Shown here: positions 58,773-64,000 of the stretch, piece by piece
Position numbering within the stretch: position 1 is the first letter of the stretch
Layout: each line of letters opens with the position of its first letter
IMG/VR virus record: IMGVR_UViG_3300033066_001786
Coordinates: 49,119-113,118 of that record
Direction: 5' to 3' (one strand)
DNA: 64,000 nucleotides
Source: a virus
Taxonomy: Duplodnaviria > Caudoviricetes
Position numbers and translations under genes: made by a program
The notes under the pieces: generated by a model
Database searches by the model: none
Told to the model about the DNA's origin: nothing
The model's input: the letters and a program-made list of their open reading frames with translations, nothing else

Positions 58773-58847
58773 GGCCTAGTAGTTCAGAGGTTAGAGCGCC
58801 GCCCTGTCAAGGCGGAGACACGGTTTCGAGTACCGTCTAGGCCGCCA
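58773..58847 (+). tRNA. tRNA-Asp(GTC)
   Basis: CCGCC-CTGTCAA-GGCGG, G73, CCA. Confidence 0.95.
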
Positions 58848-58850
58848 ATT

Positions 58851-59261
58851 TTAAACGAAATATAGTTTTTTAACGTGTGTTCTACGATTTTCTATCTTTC
58901 CATTAGATACTAAAAAATCATGTATGCGATAACAGGCGCCGAAACTTAATTTTGACATGTTTGCAACTTCAACTATGTTTTTATTTGTGTTCTGTAAGAA
59001 CAAATTTGCAGTTTCTAAAAACAATGCATTGTTAACAGTCGTACGTTTCTTTCTTAAACCGTTTGCAGCAGTTTTTAAATGTACTTTTAAAGCCCTGGAT
59101 TCTATGCGATCTATATCGACTAAATATTCATGTGCTTTTTTTGCAGTTGACGGTGAAGTTTGATTTCTGATTGCAGCTTCGTTATACGTTAAAGTATCAT
59201 CTGAAAGTAGATCTCTCTTAACTTTAATCAATTTCTCTTTTGTTTTTTTATGTAAAGTCAT
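58851..59261 (-). CDS. Tandem HTH-like DNA-binding protein
   Basis: Two internal repeats (E.A.....S......H..LV....IE.R). Confidence 0.6.
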   Translation of the reverse strand: MTLHKKTKEKLIKVKRDLLSDDTLTYNEAAIRNQTSPSTAKKAHEYLVDIDRIESRALKVHLKTAANGLRKKRTTVNNALFLETANLFLQNTNKNIVEVANMSKLSFGACYRIHDFLVSNGKIENRRTHVKKLYFV

Positions 59262-59324
59262 TACAATATAGTCCCCTTAGGTTTCTTATATTTTAATACA
59301 TATTTTTTAAAAAACAATAACTAT

Positions 59325-59888
59325 TTAATATATTCTTAAAGATCTAAAAGGATTAGCATAGTCAACTGATGTTTCTATTATACCGTGTTTTTTGTTTAAA
59401 TATACTTGAACCAATTCTACATATTCTCTTTTAGTGCAACGTTGGATAAAATGACAGTCTTTTAAAAGTGCATTTTTAGTTTCGGCTGTTACCTTCTTTG
59501 CTATAGTATTAACTTTGATAATATCGCCCATTAATAATATCACATCGTTATATTCTACTTCAAGTTCTAACTTACACGGTATTTTAAATCCAACACCAGT
59601 GTACAGAAACATCTCGTATGTTTCTTCTTTAGATATTTTAACAGACTTGTCGCCCATTATGTTTGCAATTTGTTCCGGGTCTAAATATCCTGCAGAACGT
59701 CTTTCGTCTTCTTCTGCTTTTATTTTTAAATTATCAATGTCGAATATAAAATACTTTTTAGTCCAAGTTGGAATATTAGTATCTGCTAATATACTTTCTT
59801 TGGTTTGACTATGTAAATTACTATGTAACTCTTTTAGGTATTTCTTTTTGCTTACGGCATGCAAGTAATGCTTATATGTTCCTCTCAT
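59325..59888 (-). CDS. Hypothetical protein
   Basis: ATGA-coupled to upstream endonuclease. Confidence 0.6.
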   Translation of the reverse strand: MRGTYKHYLHAVSKKKYLKELHSNLHSQTKESILADTNIPTWTKKYFIFDIDNLKIKAEEDERRSAGYLDPEQIANIMGDKSVKISKEETYEMFLYTGVGFKIPCKLELEVEYNDVILLMGDIIKVNTIAKKVTAETKNALLKDCHFIQRCTKREYVELVQVYLNKKHGIIETSVDYANPFRSLRIY

Positions 59889-61495
59889 CTTTTTAACTCC
59901 CAAACGTCATGTCCGCAATCCCATAATATATCATATCCATTATTAATCATATTTTGCAATGCAGATAGGCTACTATTATATACGGGAAGTATATCTTTTA
60001 ATTTGTGTTTTTGATACTTCATTCTGTTCTCATATGTCTTATGCATATAGGTATAGTGGAAGCTTGGTTTTTGTTTAATGTCTTTTAATTCGAAGCTAAG
60101 TTTTCCATATACTGCATTATTGCTTGAGCTCCATCTTCTATCTGCATAAGATATAATTGACTGTGGATTTATATCTTTAATAAACGCAGATAATAACTTA
60201 CTTGCACCACCTACTACAGTATGGTTTAATTTGTGACAAAATCTATAAAGCTCATATTCGGAATCCTTATTAAATCTAGGTTTACCAAACGTCATTACAG
60301 ATACAAGTTCACCGTTATAATATAAACCGTAATTATATGATGATTGACATTTACCCTGGATATGGTTTTCTTCTAGAAATGTATTTGCAATGTTGGAAGT
60401 TATAAGTTCAACTTTGCATTTACGTCCGTGTAATTTTTTAGTTTGACCAAGTGCAGATGCTATGCGAGATTTAACTATTTCTTTTTTATTTTCCCACTCG
60501 TGACTCCAAACATGGAATAACTTAATTCCTTTTGTCTCGGCTAAATTAGTTTTATTTAAGTGATAATGTTTGTCTTTACCCATTCCAAATTCAGAATGAT
60601 AAAATAAACCATTGTACTCAATAGCAAGATTATAATCTGGCAAATAAATATCCAACTCTTTTCCGTTTAATACTTTTCTATCTTTTGTTACTATATTGGT
60701 AATATTGAGCTCGCGAATATAATCTGCTATTTCTCTTTCGCCCATACTTGTGCCACGTGTAGGATCTAATTCTACTCCGTGCTTACAATAATAGTAGTTA
60801 ACAGTATGATATGTTACATCGCCGAGTGTAGCTGCAAGCTCTACTAAATTCTTATTTTTGTTTTCTGTTAACCATTCTATACTGTTAAGTTTATCAAGTG
60901 TATTTTGGCTAATATTAAGTTGTTGGAAAAGTTTACCATATTTTGCAATTTGGCTTTCCCTTATCTTCTCTATTACTATAGGTGACTTAGATGGATTATC
61001 AACACCATACTTTAATAAACTTTGTTCTTTGAATTGTTCTTTCCACTCCGTTGTTTTGGAAAAATGATCAACTCCGTATTTTTCAACGTTTGTGGCTTTT
61101 ACTCTACTATTAAAATCTGTGTTTGCTCTAATGTCCTTCATCATTTCTGATTTTGCAAGTTTATTAGATTCTAAATGTGATATATTTTCAACTCCATATT
61201 TTTCTAATACAGTAGCTTTTACCTTTTCTTTAATTTCGATTCTATTCATATGATGCGGTACACCATATAACTCTATGTTTCTCTGTTGGTTTAATATTTT
61301 AAATTCTTCCGAAGAATGATAAGTTTTGGAACCATAACGTTCCATAGATGTTGCCATCATCTTATCTCTGGAATTTCTAGAATTAACCGTAGCAGTACAT
61401 TTTTTAGAACAGCATAATGCAGGTTTACCTTTTTTTGTTAAGGTTACCTTGTTATTACAATCTTGGTTTGCACACTTAGGTAAATCGACGTACAT
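59885..61495 (-). CDS. Hef-like homing endonuclease with KYG repeats and C-terminal GNAT-like domain
   Basis: Zn finger, (E)KYGV repeats, S.GE, ELDIYLP..LAIEYNG..H, FL..NHIQG, GGASKL, SYADRRW, DCG. Confidence 0.8.
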   Translation of the reverse strand: MYVDLPKCANQDCNNKVTLTKKGKPALCCSKKCTATVNSRNSRDKMMATSMERYGSKTYHSSEEFKILNQQRNIELYGVPHHMNRIEIKEKVKATVLEKYGVENISHLESNKLAKSEMMKDIRANTDFNSRVKATNVEKYGVDHFSKTTEWKEQFKEQSLLKYGVDNPSKSPIVIEKIRESQIAKYGKLFQQLNISQNTLDKLNSIEWLTENKNKNLVELAATLGDVTYHTVNYYYCKHGVELDPTRGTSMGEREIADYIRELNITNIVTKDRKVLNGKELDIYLPDYNLAIEYNGLFYHSEFGMGKDKHYHLNKTNLAETKGIKLFHVWSHEWENKKEIVKSRIASALGQTKKLHGRKCKVELITSNIANTFLEENHIQGKCQSSYNYGLYYNGELVSVMTFGKPRFNKDSEYELYRFCHKLNHTVVGGASKLLSAFIKDINPQSIISYADRRWSSSNNAVYGKLSFELKDIKQKPSFHYTYMHKTYENRMKYQKHKLKDILPVYNSSLSALQNMINNGYDILWDCGHDVWELKR

Positions 61496-61538
61496 TATGT
61501 ATACTTTTTATTATTATTTATCGTCTTCTAAAAAGTAG

Positions 61539-61567
61539 TTGACAACAGACCCAGTAGATGTTTTAAT
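61539..61567 (+). promoter_or_regulatory. sigma70-like promoter
   Basis: TTGACA-N17-TTTAAT with extended TG; AAAAGTAGTTGACAA identical to 58053-67. Confidence 0.7.
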
Positions 61568-61630
61568 GTGTGAAGTGTAAGAGATTACACAAAACAACCC
61601 ATCCAAAAACAGCTTTACGGAGATTATCCA

Positions 61631-62941
61631 ATGGCAAAAGCAGAAAGTAAAAAAACAGCAGATTTGGTAACCGTCACGCCTAATAAGGCTAAAACGTTGA
61701 TCAAAGTATGTATGGACAGCGGTCGCCCAATTATGTTGTGGGGCGCACCAGGCATCGGCAAGTCAGATCTTGTTGAGGCGATTGCAACATCGTATGCAAA
61801 ACCACGCAAAGTTATTGACATGCGTCTTTTGCTCCTCGACCCAACTGACCTTCGCGGCATCCCATATTTCAACTCAATTGACAATCGTATGGAATTTTCT
61901 AAGCCATCTGATTTGCCGGAAGTTGTAACACAGGCAATGATTGACGAAGCTAAAGTTGTATTGGCCAAGAAAAAAGAGATCCTGGAAAAATACACCGCAG
62001 GTTCAGACTACAATCACATCCAGTCTGCTTCGATTGAGACTGAGATTGAAAAAGCCCAACGCCGTGTAAATCGACTTGTTGGTCAGTTTGAATTCCAAGA
62101 TGCAATTTTGTTTTTGGATGAGATGACTTCAGCACCGCAGTCTGTACAAGGTGCAGCATATCAGTTGATTTTAAACCGCCGCATTGGCGAGTATCGTCTC
62201 CCAGATGGTATTAGCATGATTGCAGCAGGCAACCGTGAAAGCGACCGCGGTGTTGTGCATCCAATGCCTAAACCACTGCAAAATCGTTTTGTTCACTTGA
62301 ACATGGACACTAGTTTTGAAGACTGGCAAGCATGGGGTGTTACAAACGGTGTAAGTGCAGATGTTGTTGGTTTTCTCTCAGCCCATCCGCAACACTTGTT
62401 TGAATTTGATCCCAAGTCTGCATCTAAAGCTTTCCCTACACCGCGTAGCTGGAAGTTTGTGTCAGATCTCATCAGCAACAACCACCAGCTGTCAATTGAT
62501 GCATTGCATCCTTTGATTTCAGGTACAGTTGGCGACGGTGTAGCATTCAAGTTCTTGCAACACTTGAAAATTGCATCAAAAATGCCAAGTCCGCAAGCTG
62601 TATTGCGTGGACAAGAAAAGAAAATGAAAATCGATGAAATCAGTGCAAAATACTCGCTGACCATTGGTATGTGCTACGTTCTCAAAGAATGGATCACAAT
62701 TGCCAAGAACAACGAGCAACACAAAACAGTCGGCAAAGGCGAAATGGACTTTGGCATTGATTTGTGGCACAATTACTTCGATAACTTCCTGAAGTTCATG
62801 ATGGATAACTTCGAAGATGAGATGTGCGTACTAGGTGCAAAAACCGCAATCCGCGACTATGCGCTTCCGTTGCAGCTGGACAAGTTGAAAGAAATGGATA
62901 CTTTCTACGACAAGTTCGGCAAATTAATCCTTGCCGTGTAA
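61631..62941 (+). CDS. MoxR-like AAA+ ATPase
   Basis: WGAPGIGKS, D.TDLRG.P, LFLDE, AAGNR, NRF.H, PTPRSW. Confidence 0.9.
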   Translation: MAKAESKKTADLVTVTPNKAKTLIKVCMDSGRPIMLWGAPGIGKSDLVEAIATSYAKPRKVIDMRLLLLDPTDLRGIPYFNSIDNRMEFSKPSDLPEVVTQAMIDEAKVVLAKKKEILEKYTAGSDYNHIQSASIETEIEKAQRRVNRLVGQFEFQDAILFLDEMTSAPQSVQGAAYQLILNRRIGEYRLPDGISMIAAGNRESDRGVVHPMPKPLQNRFVHLNMDTSFEDWQAWGVTNGVSADVVGFLSAHPQHLFEFDPKSASKAFPTPRSWKFVSDLISNNHQLSIDALHPLISGTVGDGVAFKFLQHLKIASKMPSPQAVLRGQEKKMKIDEISAKYSLTIGMCYVLKEWITIAKNNEQHKTVGKGEMDFGIDLWHNYFDNFLKFMMDNFEDEMCVLGAKTAIRDYALPLQLDKLKEMDTFYDKFGKLILAV

Positions 62942-62961
62942 GCGGCTTTGGGTGGGTGGAC

Positions 62962-62991
62962 AGGGCAGTGTAGTTAACGCTACACTGCCCT
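62962..62991 (+). terminator. 12-bp GC-rich hairpin after the ATPase (terminator or processing site)
   Basis: AGGGCAGTGTAG/CTACACTGCCCT; weak U-tract. Confidence 0.55.
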
Positions 62992-63021
62992 AGTCTTATT
63001 TAAGACGGAGAAAATCGTACA

Positions 63022-63345
63022 ATGAACCTTAAGCCTGGAATGTTGTGTTTAATAATTGGATCTAAACATGCACCTGAAAACATTGGAAAACAGGTTACGT
63101 TAGTTAGATATTTTGGAAAAGACGAAAGCATTGTAACCCAGGACGGTGAATTTAACAATTTAACTGGTTCAGATGTGTGGCTCGTCGAAGGTGCCGATTT
63201 AGTATGTACAATGAGAGACGAAATCGGGGCGATATGTTATATGAAAAAAAACTGGACAGCATGTATTTCAAACCACCTCATGCCTTTAACTGGCTTAGAA
63301 GATGAATTTGTAAAAACCCAGCAAACTGAAATGTTAAATTCTTAG
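63022..63345 (+). CDS. Hypothetical protein
   Basis: LKPG.L.LI...ENIGK.V, HLMPL. Confidence 0.7.
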   Translation: MNLKPGMLCLIIGSKHAPENIGKQVTLVRYFGKDESIVTQDGEFNNLTGSDVWLVEGADLVCTMRDEIGAICYMKKNWTACISNHLMPLTGLEDEFVKTQQTEMLNS

Positions 63346-63353
63346 AGTGCAAT

Positions 63354-63566
63354 ATGGATGATATTAAGGTTTTTTCTTTAGAAGATATAATTTTTAAAAC
63401 AGTATCATATTTTTCAGAATTAGATGCACCGGATTGGCTTACAAGCAAAAACACTGTTAAGGGTTCAACTATGGATAACAGATGGTTTTGGGAAGGGTAT
63501 GTTATGGCATTACGTGTAGGCGAAACAGTTAAAACAGATTTTAAAATAATTACCCGGATCGTATGA
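63354..63566 (+). CDS. Hypothetical protein
   Basis: 70 aa. Confidence 0.55.
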   Translation: MDDIKVFSLEDIIFKTVSYFSELDAPDWLTSKNTVKGSTMDNRWFWEGYVMALRVGETVKTDFKIITRIV

Positions 63567-63754
63567 TTATGGAAGAATTAAGTATATGTCAGCATATAGT
63601 ACGATCAATAAAATACGGAGAATGGTCGTGTGGATTTGCCACAAAGAAAGAATGGCCAACTAAAGAACAATTTAGTTTATCAACAATGTATTATGATGGT
63701 TGGCATTGGGCGTTACATATTGGCTGTTTTTATATTAGTGCAAGTTTTTATTAA
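63563..63754 (+). CDS. Hypothetical protein
   Basis: ATGA-coupled, YYDG.H. Confidence 0.55.
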   Translation: MIMEELSICQHIVRSIKYGEWSCGFATKKEWPTKEQFSLSTMYYDGWHWALHIGCFYISASFY

Positions 63755-63761
63755 GGATAAT

Positions 63762-63941
63762 ATGCAAGTATTTTTAGTGTATGAAACTTACTATGACTTT
63801 TGTAATAACTGGGAAACTTTATTGTTTCTATATGCAGATCGTTACATGGCTGACTATAAGGTATTAGAGTTAGAAGAAGCAAATGAAGATGAACAAAAAT
63901 CTTATTTTGTCAGAGAAGAAAATGTAATTGGGGTAGAATAA
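63762..63941 (+). CDS. Hypothetical protein
   Basis: ATG after SD AAGGA; start corrected. Confidence 0.55.
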   Translation: MQVFLVYETYYDFCNNWETLLFLYADRYMADYKVLELEEANEDEQKSYFVREENVIGVE

Positions 63942-64000
63942 ATGGAAAAGAATGCGCTTAACATGACCGAAAGTAACATGCGATTCTGGACAGAACGTTC

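Overview
AT-rich, densely coding, almost entirely + strand segment of a large (jumbo-type) lytic tailed phage using the standard genetic code. The host is probably a gammaproteobacterium, inferred from the E. coli-like NrdA, FolE, Clp proteins and tRNA-Lys. The window carries: replication genes (family B DNA polymerase, clamp, clamp loader, RNase H-like exonuclease, a DnaE fragment); nucleotide metabolism (NrdAB, ThyA, dCMP deaminase, MazG, PRTase, thioredoxin); a dispersed 7-deazaguanine pathway (folE, queD, queE, TGT/DpdA-like); a near-complete proteostasis set (ClpX, ClpP, ClpA, ClpS, FtsH, Hsp20, GroES, DnaJ); ribosomal protein bS21; PhoH, DenV and a macrodomain protein; virion and tail-fibre genes; a Hef-like homing endonuclease; a MoxR-type AAA ATPase; and a 7-tRNA array. 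Two promoter classes are visible: sigma70-like TTGACA/TATAAT and T4-late-like TTGATAAATA. The standout is upstream of the tRNA array (58061-58241): a trp/his-style transcription attenuator with an unannotated 25-codon leader peptide. Its codons 4-17 (QQDHIKFIEQEDFK) use only, and all of, the seven amino acids whose tRNAs follow (K,E,Q,F,I,H,D). This suggests a ribosome-stalling sensor that switches on phage tRNAs when host tRNAs are depleted or cleaved. Other regulatory findings are a ROSE-like RNA thermometer before hsp20 and recurrent promoter-in-the-loop hairpins that mask ribosome-binding sites on read-through transcripts. All calls come from reading motifs by eye; no database searches or folding programs were run.
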